In this document: in pieces, positions 17,042 to 27,036 of the stretch | Layout: every line of letters starts with the position of its first letter | How positions within the stretch are numbered: the stretch's first letter is position 1 | IMG/VR virus record: IMGVR_UViG_3300034050_000106 | Location: 1 to 34,756 of that record | DNA length: 34,756 nucleotides | Reading direction: 5' to 3' (one strand) | From: a virus | Taxonomy: Duplodnaviria > Caudoviricetes | The notes under the pieces: generated by a model | Databases searched by the model: none | What the model was told of the DNA's origin: nothing | The model's input: only the letters and a program-made list of their open reading frames with translations | Position numbers and translations under genes: made by a program

Positions 17042-17902
17042 ATGGTTCAACCCTTCGATTATACACTGAAAACGCCATCAACCACAGAATCATTTTTGGC
17101 GGGTGTTCAGTCATATCAAAATCAGCAGAAGGCAATCGCTGCACAGACTGCCGCTCAAGCGGAACAGGACAAAGTTAACCGCGCAAAAAACTTTTCTCTA
17201 AAAGCTCAGCAAGTTGCTAAAGACCCAAAGCCTGAAAATCTGTCAGCATTATACGCAGAATTTCCAGAGTACGGCGCTGACTTAGATAGATTTGGGAAAA
17301 GCTTAGCCGCAAGTGATAAGCGCACATATGGTTCAGTTTTGCAGAATGCTATTATTGCAAAGGATAGCAATAAAACGCCAGAAGAAATTGCAGCAATTTA
17401 TACAAGCGGCGCTGAGGCGGCAAGAAACTCTAATCGCACAGACATCGCAGACAAATTTGATGCGGCTGCGAAGATGGCGCTCAATCCCAATATGAATGAC
17501 AACTTCGCTGCACGTTCATTGTATAATGCGATTGATCCTGAAGGCTACAAATTGATTGCTGATAGTGCAGTTAAACTGGACACTTCTACGATTAAAGAAC
17601 TTGTGGCTGAAGGCTTTGTTCCAGGGACGCCAGAATTTAAAGCAGCTCTAACAAGAGAACGCACAAAGGTTACAACAACACTTCCAGGTGGTGGTTTCTA
17701 TAGCGGAAGCGAAGAAGGATTGACTAGAATTTTAGGTGGTCAGCCAGCGCCAACCAATGTGCAAAAAGGGCCACCGCGCCAACCGACTACCAAGGAAGAA
17801 TTTGATAAGTTACCACCAGGCGCAATCTTCATTGATCCAAATGGGGTAACTCGTGAAAAGCCAGGAGGTCAGACGGCTACTCCGTCTGGTAACTTTCGCT
17901 GA
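17042..17902 (+). CDS. DNA ejection protein (P22 gp20 position)
   Basis: Synteny after gp7-like gene; helical; C-terminal EEFDKLPPGAIFIDPNG motif; ends GGQTATPSGNFR. Confidence 0.7.
   Translation: MVQPFDYTLKTPSTTESFLAGVQSYQNQQKAIAAQTAAQAEQDKVNRAKNFSLKAQQVAKDPKPENLSALYAEFPEYGADLDRFGKSLAASDKRTYGSVLQNAIIAKDSNKTPEEIAAIYTSGAEAARNSNRTDIADKFDAAAKMALNPNMNDNFAARSLYNAIDPEGYKLIADSAVKLDTSTIKELVAEGFVPGTPEFKAALTRERTKVTTTLPGGGFYSGSEEGLTRILGGQPAPTNVQKGPPRQPTTKEEFDKLPPGAIFIDPNGVTREKPGGQTATPSGNFR
17863..17902 (+). promoter_or_regulatory. Candidate +1 programmed frameshift cassette
   Basis: AGGAGG (17863-68), hairpin CAGACGG-CTACT-CCGTCTG (17870-88), then AAC TTT CGC TGA; TTT->TTC enters the peptidase frame. 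Confidence 0.6.
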
Positions 17903-18176
17903 TGGTAGTAAAGTGATTGGCGAGCTATTCCCTAATGCACGAATTACGTCTGGTTATCGGGGGCCAAACGATCCTCTATCTAAAAAGAATCCGCAATCGT
18001 ATCACGCTAAAACAGCAGGAGCAGTAGATATCGCTCCGATACCTGGGATGACATTTAAGGAATACATTTCTGGCATTAAAAATGCTGGTTATAAAATTAT
18101 TGAGGCACGCGATGAGGTGAAGAACCCATCAAGATTTGCTACTGGCCCTCACTGGCACGTTGTGATTGGAAATTAA
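17898..18176 (+). CDS. M15-like (LAS-fold) Zn peptidoglycan peptidase domain, probably a +1 frameshift extension of 17042..17902 (alternative start GTG 17913)
   Basis: ITSGYR...SYH...AVD...HWHV motifs; no ATG before the catalytic motifs and no convincing SD. Confidence 0.75.
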   Translation, partial: ADGSKVIGELFPNARITSGYRGPNDPLSKKNPQSYHAKTAGAVDIAPIPGMTFKEYISGIKNAGYKIIEARDEVKNPSRFATGPHWHVVIGN

Positions 18177-18177
18177 T

Positions 18178-21100
18178 ATGGCTACTCAAGAAAATTGGTG
18201 GGAAGGTTCCCCCGTTGTCGCAAAGCCTAATAAGGCGCAGCAAGTGGATGGTGGCGTCTATGTGCCTCCTACTAAGACGCCTGAGCAAATTGCTGAAGAA
18301 GGGCGTAAAACTCGTGGGGCAGAGATAGAGGAAGAGCGCCTTGACATTACTAAGCGCGCAGAATTGGCGGGTATTGAAGACACAAAGCGCAAAGGCTTCC
18401 TTGATCTGGTCACAAAATATGAAGGTGACCCAGCGGTACAAAGCTATAAAAAAGTGTTGCCGATATTTAACACTATGCTGTCGGTAGCTAGCCGCCCTAA
18501 TCCAAGCAAGGCTGATGATAATCTGCTTGTTACATATTATAGCAAAATCAAAGACCCAACAACTGGCGTTCTTGGTGGAGAATATGAAACAGCAAAAAAT
18601 GTGCAAACTGCATATGATAAAGCTTTAGTTGATCTTAAGGGATTATACGACCCTGAAACTGGGTTTGTATCACCTGCTGCGCGTAAGCAATTTATTCGTG
18701 CAACAAATGACTTGATGGCATCTGAGCGTCAAGCATATAAAACATCACGTAATCGCTTTACGCAACTTGCCACAGACCCGACTTTTGGTCTGAACCCAGA
18801 TGCCGTTATTGGGGAAGATTTTGCCAATACATATGCTGACCAGATAAAATCAAAATACCTCACTGTTATGGGTGAAGAACCTGCTGAAACAGCTGGCGGC
18901 GTTCCTGTACTTAAAGTTGCAGAAGGCGATAAGTTCTCAACTGATGAAGATATTGCTATTGCTAGCGAGCTTCAGGGGATGTGGGCTGCGGGCAGAACAC
19001 TTGATGAAGTTAATGCCAAGGCTATAGAGTTGACTGGAGGGAACCCTCTTAGCCAAGAAACCATGAAAGCATTAACCGAAGATACAGCCCGTCAGATTAG
19101 ATTCACCCCTAATCGTTCAGGCATACGCGAACCATCTGCTCCTGGAATGGGAACTGCTGCGGGAGCGGCTGCAATTCGTGGATACACTAGCAATCTTGGG
19201 GAGGAAATTCTTTCTGGATTTTCACCAGAGGCTGCGGCTAAACTTCAGGCGGCTGGTGAATACGGGATGGAGAATTATCCTATAACATCGATGCTTGCTG
19301 AAATACCAAGCAGTGTGTTTTCACCAGTAAATAAGCTAACCAAGTTTATTCCTGGTGGCCCAGTAGTACGAGACATCTTTGAAGGTGTCACTTATGGTGC
19401 TGGCGAAGGACGTCCTGACGCTAGTGCTTTAGAGCGTGCAAAAACTGCTGCTGCTGGCGGCATATTGCAATCAGGTTTCGGCGCTGCTGCTCGACGCTTT
19501 ATGCCAGGTGGCGCAACACCAGAAGCTACTGGCATACCTGAAGGCGAGTTTGTTAATGTCACAGGCGAAGTTCCTGCTGGAATGGCCCCTGAAATGCCTA
19601 TGGGTGCAGCACCAGCGCCATCAGCCGTACCTACTGGTGCGCCTGCTGGTATGGCTGCGCCTACTGCTGGCATGGCTCCACCAATCGCTAGTGAAGCGGC
19701 AACTGATGTAGCTGCTGAAATTGGCCGAGATGAAATAACCGCTATTGCTCGTAAAGCTGTTAGTCGTGGCCCTGGAGCATCAAAAGCTCGCGCTGAACTT
19801 GCCGCACTTGCAAAGATTGACCCTGAAGCACAGGCTGCGGCGGATCGCCTTGGCATTGAATTGCCTGTTGATGTTCTTGGCGAGAATGCGCAGTTGCAAA
19901 GACTTACAGGTTTAGAACGCGCACAGATAGGTTCGGACGTAGAAACTGCGTGGCGCAAGACTTATGATGCAGCTGCTGAACGCGCCTATACGGTGATGGA
20001 TGAACTTGAGGCCGTGAAAGATATTTCGGGGCTTTCCAAAAACGTATTTGATAAACTTGAGACTGCAAATAAAGGTCTTGAGGTTCAAGCTGATGATCTG
20101 CGGAAGCAAGTCAATGAAGCTATCGATGTAAGCGGCAGAGTCGATGCAACTGCAATCAGAACATATCTACAAGATCAGATACAAAAATTAGGCGGTGGCA
20201 AAGAAGGTTTGGCCGGACTTTCCTCAGAGGAGAAAAAGCTCTGGGCGATGGTGTCTAAGGGCAATCCAACATATGAAGCACTAGATAGTAAACGCGCCGA
20301 AATTGGTCGAGCGATGACTAAAAATGCTGGGCCTTGGGTGGATTCAAGCGAACGACGCATAAAAGATATTTATGCCAAGCTTGCTGACGATCAGATGGGC
20401 TTTATCGAGTCCAGTGCTGGCAGAGAGGTTGCAGATAAGCAACGTGCTGCAAATACGCTGTTCAAGCAAATGTATGATGGACGGGGGCAAATGCAGGAGA
20501 TTTTTGGGCGGAATCTGTCCAAAGACCTTGGGCCTCTTATAACGACAGCCATTACTCAAGGTGGTAAAGGCGGCGTAGAAGCTATCAATAAATTGCTTAC
20601 AAATATTCCAGAGAATATGCGTGGGACAGTTTTGACATCAGGATTATTCGGCACAGCCACAGGCGCAAACGGAAGATTCAGCTTCACAAACTTTGCAAAC
20701 ACCTACAGCAAACTGCGTGAACAAGGCCAGGTTTTCAATCAGTTTGCCAAGGCTATTGGCCCTGAAGGTGTAAATCTGTTAAATGACTTTAATGCTATTT
20801 CTCGACGCATAGCTGATGCAGAAGCTAATATAAGCAAAACAGGTGCGTCTACGCAGTTAAATGCACTTAATGCCGAAAACCTTTTGCTGAAGATTGTTAA
20901 GGGGCTTGGTAGTGCTGGTGCTGCGGCTGGTGCAGCAAACGTCATGGGCGCAGATTTGCTTATGACTGCTGGGACTGTGATTGCTGCTGCTGGTGGCCCT
21001 GCATTGGCTCAAAAGTTTGTTGGCAAAAGTAATGCTGAGAAACTTCACGCGCTTATGAAAAGCGACAACTTCCGTGAGCTTGCCATTAGTGCAGCAACAG

Positions 21101-21297
21101 GTGAAGGCGTAGATCGCAATATTAACCGTGTTGCTGGCAGCAAAGAGTTCCGCGATTACGCAAAATTAGTTGGCATTGACATGAAGGATGCTCGTGATTG
21201 GTTGAACTCTGCTATATCTAAAGGCGCGACAATTGCTGGCACTGAGGCTGTAGGTTCTAAGCCAGCCGAAGCACCAACAGTAGAAATGCCACAATGA
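18178..21297 (+). CDS. Large DNA ejection protein (P22 gp16 position)
   Basis: ~1040 aa, helical and Ala/Gly-rich with hydrophobic segments; Pro/Ala/Gly/Met linker at ~19500-19720; synteny. Confidence 0.75.
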   Translation: MATQENWWEGSPVVAKPNKAQQVDGGVYVPPTKTPEQIAEEGRKTRGAEIEEERLDITKRAELAGIEDTKRKGFLDLVTKYEGDPAVQSYKKVLPIFNTMLSVASRPNPSKADDNLLVTYYSKIKDPTTGVLGGEYETAKNVQTAYDKALVDLKGLYDPETGFVSPAARKQFIRATNDLMASERQAYKTSRNRFTQLATDPTFGLNPDAVIGEDFANTYADQIKSKYLTVMGEEPAETAGGVPVLKVAEGDKFSTDEDIAIASELQGMWAAGRTLDEVNAKAIELTGGNPLSQETMKALTEDTARQIRFTPNRSGIREPSAPGMGTAAGAAAIRGYTSNLGEEILSGFSPEAAAKLQAAGEYGMENYPITSMLAEIPSSVFSPVNKLTKFIPGGPVVRDIFEGVTYGAGEGRPDASALERAKTAAAGGILQSGFGAAARRFMPGGATPEATGIPEGEFVNVTGEVPAGMAPEMPMGAAPAPSAVPTGAPAGMAAPTAGMAPPIASEAATDVAAEIGRDEITAIARKAVSRGPGASKARAELAALAKIDPEAQAAADRLGIELPVDVLGENAQLQRLTGLERAQIGSDVETAWRKTYDAAAERAYTVMDELEAVKDISGLSKNVFDKLETANKGLEVQADDLRKQVNEAIDVSGRVDATAIRTYLQDQIQKLGGGKEGLAGLSSEEKKLWAMVSKGNPTYEALDSKRAEIGRAMTKNAGPWVDSSERRIKDIYAKLADDQMGFIESSAGREVADKQRAANTLFKQMYDGRGQMQEIFGRNLSKDLGPLITTAITQGGKGGVEAINKLLTNIPENMRGTVLTSGLFGTATGANGRFSFTNFANTYSKLREQGQVFNQFAKAIGPEGVNLLNDFNAISRRIADAEANISKTGASTQLNALNAENLLLKIVKGLGSAGAAAGAANVMGADLLMTAGTVIAAAGGPALAQKFVGKSNAEKLHALMKSDNFRELAISAATGEGVDRNINRVAGSKEFRDYAKLVGIDMKDARDWLNSAISKGATIAGTEAVGSKPAEAPTVEMPQ

Positions 21298-21355
21298 CCT
21301 TTCGCTGCAACATAATTTCGGCTATAAGCCCAAAGACGCAAGGGATTAAGTTCTA

Positions 21356-23608
21356 ATGGCACTTACTCAAGTTACCGGCCCTTACCCAATATTTACCGAT
21401 CTAGACGGCACGCCGCTGGATGACGGCTACCTGTATATCGGTGAGATTAACCAAGACCCTGAACAGAATCCGATTCAGGTATTCTTCGACGCTAACCTTA
21501 CAATCCCAGCTACTCAGCCAATCCGCACAAGCAACGGCTATGCCTATCGTAACGGCACGCCAGCCCTGCTTTACACTGGTGGCGAGTTCTCGATCACAAT
21601 CCGCAACAAGCGCCAAGAATTTGTTCTCTACAGTCCTGTAGGCTATGGTTTCGATCCTGCGGCTGTATCTGCTTCCGTTGTCAAGAATGACTTTACTGGC
21701 GATGGCGTTGAGGTTGACTTCACGCTGTCGGCATCTCCAAGCACTATCTTGGCAACCAATGTATTTATCAATGGCGTCTATCAGGAAAAGGATAGCTACA
21801 GCCTTCTAGGTAATGTGATTACGTTCTCTGTTGCTCCACCGCTCAGTTCGAGCATTGAGGTAATGACAAACGAAACTGGCGTAATTAACGCTGGCAACGC
21901 AACAGCAATCACTTACACACTGACAGCACCTAACGCTGTTCAGCAGAACGTTCAAACAAGACTAGAGCAATACGTTTCAGTTGTAGATTTCGGTGCCGTA
22001 GGCGATGGCGTGACAGACGATACAGCAGCTATCCAAGCCGCTATTGACTTTGGCTCACCCATATATTTTCCAGAGCCAGCTTCATTCTACAAAATCACAT
22101 CTGCGTTAGACATAACTGTTCCATTCAGTGCAGGGTTGTATCACGTTTTTGGTGGTGTCGGGGCTGTCACATTAAACGCTCCTGCTTATCCAGATTGGTT
22201 CGGGCTTGGCGTTGACGGTTTAACTGGCGGCGCAGCTTTTAACAAAGCCGCGTTAGCAGGAACGTCAGTGCGTCTAGCGAATACACTCTACAACATCCGC
22301 GATGAACGCTTGATCTCTGCAGTAAGCATTTACGGCGATGGAGCAGATTCACGGCTGAACCTTGTCGCGGATATATCCACAGCAGCACCTCCTGTTTTCG
22401 CTGATGCGTTTCTAACGATTACGAATAACAAGGACGCACCGCTAGACTTTCATAATTTCCAACTGACAACTTTGACAGCAAACGGCGCTGTGCTTGCGAA
22501 CGTCTTTTTGCTGTATGAAGTTGACAGCGTATCCATTTTTAACGTGCGGATTTACAATACCTACTACAATGTCGGTGGCGTCGGTATGTTAAGGGTAACT
22601 GGCTCTGTTGGCGATAGCTCTAACTCGTCTAAGATAAAAATTCTTAGCTGCGATATTGAAAGCACGCAGGAAGCTGAAGGCATTGGCTTAACTGGCGTAA
22701 CTGCGGCAAACATTTCTGGCAACAGGCTGTATATTGTTGCTGACGATGGCATTGGAATACACGGAGCGTTGGACACAGCTACTGCTGCATCTTTCAATAC
22801 TGATATTTCAATCACGGGCAACGTTGTATATGCTGGTGGCCGCTGTGTGCTTTTGGACGGTGAAAGCGAAAACATTAACATCACTGGAAATGTGTTTACG
22901 GATATAGGAACCGTGACGCACAATATGTTTTTGACGCAGAATCCTCTGACGGCTGTAAACGTGTCTAATACACCAAAAAAGGTTCTGCTTGCAGATAACT
23001 TGTTCATAAGCAATTCTTCGACATACGAAGCAGCAGCGATTGCGTTGACCTGCGGCGATGCAATTACAATCAGCAACAACAAAATTGAAGACGCAAATCA
23101 GTTACTCACGGCGTTCGACATAACACCATACGGTTTAAAAACTGGCGTGCAGTTGACGCTTACAAATGTCGTTATCGACGGAAACGTCATGAACAACGTC
23201 AAAAACGGTATTTCGTTTAATGACGGTTCGGCTGGCTATACTCCGCAAGCGTTGACCATATCCAATAACGTGATGAGCGGCGTTTTGGCACGGCAAATTG
23301 GTGGTTCTGCAACCCCAGTGATTGCGGATGATTGGAAGGTTTCAGGCAACAACACTGGCCTTGAACCTTATGGTATTGCATGGACATCCAGTTTGACTGG
23401 CCTTTTCATAACAGATGACGGCACGAATAACTGGAATTTGGCACGTAACGTATATGATCCTAACGTATTTACGCAGACATGGTTAGCTGGTCAGAGAATT
23501 TCACGGCTTGATCCTATTGTATCAGGAGGGTTTTTGCTTTCAGGTTGGGTCTGCACGGCAAACGGAAATCCAGGAACTTGGGTTGTAGTGAAAACACCAA
23601 CCCCGTAA
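21356..23608 (+). CDS. Tailspike 1: P22-type head-binding domain + adaptor domain + pectate-lyase-like beta-helix
   Basis: FTDLDGTPLDDGYLYIG..DP..NPI..QPIRT head-binding domain; FTGDG..VFINGVYQ..ITFSVAPP module; VSVVDFGAVGDGVTDDTAAIQAAID; repeated ISxN/ITGN rungs. Confidence 0.9.
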   Translation: MALTQVTGPYPIFTDLDGTPLDDGYLYIGEINQDPEQNPIQVFFDANLTIPATQPIRTSNGYAYRNGTPALLYTGGEFSITIRNKRQEFVLYSPVGYGFDPAAVSASVVKNDFTGDGVEVDFTLSASPSTILATNVFINGVYQEKDSYSLLGNVITFSVAPPLSSSIEVMTNETGVINAGNATAITYTLTAPNAVQQNVQTRLEQYVSVVDFGAVGDGVTDDTAAIQAAIDFGSPIYFPEPASFYKITSALDITVPFSAGLYHVFGGVGAVTLNAPAYPDWFGLGVDGLTGGAAFNKAALAGTSVRLANTLYNIRDERLISAVSIYGDGADSRLNLVADISTAAPPVFADAFLTITNNKDAPLDFHNFQLTTLTANGAVLANVFLLYEVDSVSIFNVRIYNTYYNVGGVGMLRVTGSVGDSSNSSKIKILSCDIESTQEAEGIGLTGVTAANISGNRLYIVADDGIGIHGALDTATAASFNTDISITGNVVYAGGRCVLLDGESENINITGNVFTDIGTVTHNMFLTQNPLTAVNVSNTPKKVLLADNLFISNSSTYEAAAIALTCGDAITISNNKIEDANQLLTAFDITPYGLKTGVQLTLTNVVIDGNVMNNVKNGISFNDGSAGYTPQALTISNNVMSGVLARQIGGSATPVIADDWKVSGNNTGLEPYGIAWTSSLTGLFITDDGTNNWNLARNVYDPNVFTQTWLAGQRISRLDPIVSGGFLLSGWVCTANGNPGTWVVVKTPTP

Positions 23609-23623
23609 GAAGGAATTATTAAG

Positions 23624-24607
23624 ATGGCTGACAAGAAAATATCTGCGCTTACTGGAGCAAGTACCCCTCTTGCGGGGTCTGAAGTGTTGCCGATTGTGCA
23701 GGGTGGATCAACTGTAAAAGTTTCCGTTGACAACCTGACTGCTGGAAAATCTGTGTCGGCTTCCGCCTTCGTACCTACAGGCTCTACAGTGCCTGCTAAC
23801 GGTATGTATTTGGATACCACTAACTCGGTCAGCATTGCAAACAACAGCGCCAAAACCGCAACCATAAGGTCTGGCGGCATTATGGGTCTTGGGACTACTC
23901 CACAGTCTTGGTATCTTCCTGGCGACGTAATCAGCGCCCAGCAAATCGGCGCAAACACCGTAACTATGTCTTTGTTTGGCAACCAATCGCATTTTGGTAG
24001 CAACTTCTACCTCAAGACAGGGACGGGCAACGACACCTACATTAACACTGGCGTAGCCATGCGGTATCGTCAGGACGGTGGGGCGCACGTATTTGAGTCG
24101 GCCCCATCAGGTACTGCGGGCAATACAATAACATTTACGCCTTTAGCTACTGTCGCCGCTAACGGAAACTTTACGGTACACACCAACAACCTCGTAATTG
24201 GCACTGCTGGCAAAGGCATCGACTTCAGCGCAAACCCCAGCGCACCGGGCATGACCAGCGAATTGCTAAATCACTATGAGGAAGGCACATGGACACCCAG
24301 CCAAGGTAGCGGCCTTACCGTTGTGGGGGCCTTCAGTTCAAATGGCCGTTACACACGGGTTGGGCGCTTGGTAACAGTATCTGGAACCGTTATAGGCGCT
24401 ACCTCAATAGCTGTTTCAGCGATAGGCCAAATTTGCGATAACTTGCCGTTTGTCAAAGCCGGAGCATCTGTATCTACAGGCACTGCGCTTTCATCATCTC
24501 TTACAACCAGTGGCGTTGCAGCCGCTGGGGGAGCCATCCTGTATTCATTGACTGCTCTTAGCGGCGGCACTCAAATTTTATTCGCGCTAACATACGAAGT
24601 TGCATAA
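23624..24607 (+). CDS. Fibre protein
   Basis: MADKKISAL N-terminal motif; GKGIDFS...NHYEEGTWTP...GRYTRVGRLVTV fibre motifs. Confidence 0.75.
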   Translation: MADKKISALTGASTPLAGSEVLPIVQGGSTVKVSVDNLTAGKSVSASAFVPTGSTVPANGMYLDTTNSVSIANNSAKTATIRSGGIMGLGTTPQSWYLPGDVISAQQIGANTVTMSLFGNQSHFGSNFYLKTGTGNDTYINTGVAMRYRQDGGAHVFESAPSGTAGNTITFTPLATVAANGNFTVHTNNLVIGTAGKGIDFSANPSAPGMTSELLNHYEEGTWTPSQGSGLTVVGAFSSNGRYTRVGRLVTVSGTVIGATSIAVSAIGQICDNLPFVKAGASVSTGTALSSSLTTSGVAAAGGAILYSLTALSGGTQILFALTYEVA

Positions 24608-24616
24608 GGAAATATC

Positions 24617-26008
24617 ATGTCATTAACTAAAGCAACATATTCCATGATCGAAGGCGCGGTATTAAACGTGCAGGATTTTGGTGCTACGGGCGATGGCACG
24701 ACCAACGACACGGCTGCTATTCAAGCGGCTATTGCATTTGCAGAAGCCAGCGCGACACCGCCATCGGCTGCCCCCGGCGTAGTAACCATATATTTTCCTT
24801 TTGGCTTTTACTCAATTAACGCTGCGCTGATCGTCACTAAAAGCATTTCTTTTTTTGGCGAAGGCCATTCGGAGTATTCTTCAGGCGCACGGATCATTCA
24901 GAACACAGCGGCTACAGACAACTTTACTGTACAGCCGATTGCAGCGGGTTGCTCTGTCTCATGGGATAACCTAACGCTCATCGCTAACGGCAACGGCGGC
25001 ACTAACGGCAACTGTATAAACATTACCAAAACAACCGCTACGTGCAACTCTGTGCGTATCCGTGGGTGTACGTTTGGCACACCACAAACCCTTGCTATCA
25101 GATTGCAAAGTTCAGATGACATAATCATTGATGGTAACTTGTTTGATGTGTCAGCCGTTAACTGCATTGCATTGGGGACAGCTACAGCAGGCGATGTGGT
25201 AAATAACTGCTCTATTACAAACAACGCCTTTTTCCAAATCGGGCAAAAATCAATCGATCTGTACAATGTTGTAGGATTGTTAATTTCCAACAACCGCGTA
25301 TACCCAAGCGCACCCGGCGCTGCAAAGATGACGCTGTTCATAGATGGCGTAAATACCCTTCCATATCAGATAAAAAATGTCGTTGTTAACGGAAATCGGA
25401 TCGACAATGTCGAGTCATTGGCGCAGTTAAAAGACCCAGAAAACTTTATTTTTTCAAGCAACACTTGCACCGCGCTTGGTGCTAGTACTGGGTCTGCGTT
25501 TTCAGCTATCGAACTGACCGGAACTGCTTGCAACGGTGTCAGCATAAACGGAAACATTTTCTCTGGAACTTTTGACACTAAGAATTTTTACAACGACGCG
25601 GGCGCTACCGTTGTCAACGCTAATATTGCGGCCAACACTTTTGTAAATGCTGGCGGCGCGGGTCAAGCGTTGGCCGTTGCCAACTCGACGGGCAGTATTT
25701 TGCAAAACAAAATGACCAGCTTCACTACAAATTCTGTCGGTCAGCAGTGGTATACTACTGGCAACGCTATCAGCCCCGGCACGTTAAGTTCGTTGGCAAC
25801 ATACACCTATACTGCAACGGTAACTGGGGCTAGACAAGGTGATAAGGTAACATTAACGCCTTCCAGCACAACTTGGCCTGCGCCAGCAGGGATCGTAGTG
25901 ACATCGTTTATTTCCGCGTCCAACACAGTATCCATTCAATACACAAATGTCACCGGAAGCCCCATAGGTGTTCCGGCGCATGACTTTGGTATTTTAGTGA
26001 CGCGCTAA
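24617..26008 (+). CDS. Tailspike 2 (pectate-lyase-like beta-helix), lacking a head-binding domain
   Basis: Short MSLTKATYSMI leader, then NVQDFGATGDGTTNDTAAIQAAI; beta-helix rungs. Confidence 0.88.
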   Translation: MSLTKATYSMIEGAVLNVQDFGATGDGTTNDTAAIQAAIAFAEASATPPSAAPGVVTIYFPFGFYSINAALIVTKSISFFGEGHSEYSSGARIIQNTAATDNFTVQPIAAGCSVSWDNLTLIANGNGGTNGNCINITKTTATCNSVRIRGCTFGTPQTLAIRLQSSDDIIIDGNLFDVSAVNCIALGTATAGDVVNNCSITNNAFFQIGQKSIDLYNVVGLLISNNRVYPSAPGAAKMTLFIDGVNTLPYQIKNVVVNGNRIDNVESLAQLKDPENFIFSSNTCTALGASTGSAFSAIELTGTACNGVSINGNIFSGTFDTKNFYNDAGATVVNANIAANTFVNAGGAGQALAVANSTGSILQNKMTSFTTNSVGQQWYTTGNAISPGTLSSLATYTYTATVTGARQGDKVTLTPSSTTWPAPAGIVVTSFISASNTVSIQYTNVTGSPIGVPAHDFGILVTR

Positions 26009-26048
26009 CAAGATTGCCAGACTGCATCAAATGACTAAGGTATAAGCT

Positions 26049-26357
26049 GTGAACCAAGAGAATGTTCTAACCGTCAAAATAGATATGCTTCACAGCGACG
26101 TCGTTGATATGAAGACCGCGTTGAGCGAATTATCTAAGGCAATCACTAAGCTGGCGCTCGTTGAAGAACGCCAAGCGCAAACGGCTGACGCAATGGAACG
26201 TGCATTTAAAGCTATCGGCAAGATTGAAGATCGTATTTCCGCATTGGAGATTGCTGCGCCTAAAACCAAAGAGACAAACGCCTGGGTGGATAGATTCATC
26301 TTAGGTCTTGTGATGGCGGTTATGGGCTTCGTGGGAACTAAATTGGGAATGCTATGA
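26049..26357 (+). CDS. Coiled-coil membrane protein at the start of the lysis cassette (holin/antiholin-like)
   Basis: Heptad coiled coil plus one C-terminal TM segment; ATGA overlap with the endolysin. Confidence 0.6.
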   Translation: MNQENVLTVKIDMLHSDVVDMKTALSELSKAITKLALVEERQAQTADAMERAFKAIGKIEDRISALEIAAPKTKETNAWVDRFILGLVMAVMGFVGTKLGML

Positions 26358-26842
26358 GAGCATTGCTTCCTAGCTGGCTTGAAGCCGCCAATAAGTTTGA
26401 CGGGCTGCGTGAAGTGCAAGGCCCAAAGCACAATGGCATTATTCTTGGCTGGCTTGAGAAGCTAAATGCTTGGTGGAAAGATGACGAGACTCCTTGGTGC
26501 GGCGTATTTGTGGCACACTGTATGCAAGAGGCTGGGTTGCCTTTTCCCAAATATTATATGCGTGCAAAGGCATGGGCTGATTATGGCTCATTGCTGCGCC
26601 GCGATCGACTAGCGCCTGGAGCAATCTTGGTCTTTGATCGCGCTGGTGGCGGTCATGTTGGCTTTTATGTTGGCGAGGACGCTGGGCATTATTTTGTACT
26701 TGGCGGAAATCAAGGTAATGCTGTAAATGTCATGAAGCTAGGCAAGACACGATTAGTGGCTTCACGATGGCCTAAGGGTGAACCTGTAATTGGAAAGCCT
26801 GTATATATGAAGGGTGGGAAAGTTTCCACCAATGAGGTGTAA
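26354..26842 (+). CDS. Endolysin, TIGR02594 / NlpC-P60 (CHAP-like)
   Basis: GLREVQG, DDETPWCGVFV, GGGHVGFY, VLGGNQGNAV. Confidence 0.92.
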   Translation: MRALLPSWLEAANKFDGLREVQGPKHNGIILGWLEKLNAWWKDDETPWCGVFVAHCMQEAGLPFPKYYMRAKAWADYGSLLRRDRLAPGAILVFDRAGGGHVGFYVGEDAGHYFVLGGNQGNAVNVMKLGKTRLVASRWPKGEPVIGKPVYMKGGKVSTNEV

Positions 26843-26853
26843 AGGAAAATGAA

Positions 26854-27036
26854 ATGAAGAAAGAACAAATATTCGGAATCGTTCGTACCGTTGCTGCTGC
26901 TGCCTTCGGCTATATGGCAGGCAAAGGTCTGATTGACGGCGCAACTGTCGATCTATTGGCTGGCGCTGTAGCAACGATCGGCGTTGCAATCTGGTCGTTT
27001 GTCAGCAAGCAACCTGTAGAAGCACCTGCTGAATAA
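26854..27036 (+). CDS. Putative two-TM holin
   Basis: 60 aa, two hydrophobic helices (GIVRTVAAAAFGY; GAVATIGVAIWSF). Confidence 0.75.
   Translation: MKKEQIFGIVRTVAAAAFGYMAGKGLIDGATVDLLAGAVATIGVAIWSFVSKQPVEAPAE

Noticed and set aside
17853-17897. GTG 17853 as the peptidase start, as in the ORF track
   Set aside because: Only a weak GGGGT upstream, the strong AGGAGG lies downstream of it, and the added N-terminus overlaps conserved-looking upstream coding sequence. GTG 17913 remains a weak alternative.
19500-19720. PAGM-type repeats in the large ejection protein, and the 188-aa antisense ORF
   Set aside because: A low-complexity flexible linker; the antisense ORF is a compositional shadow.
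21300-21355. Possible late-promoter motif (TGCA..TATAAG, also near 26024-26046)
   Set aside because: Only two loose copies with different spacing; insufficient support.
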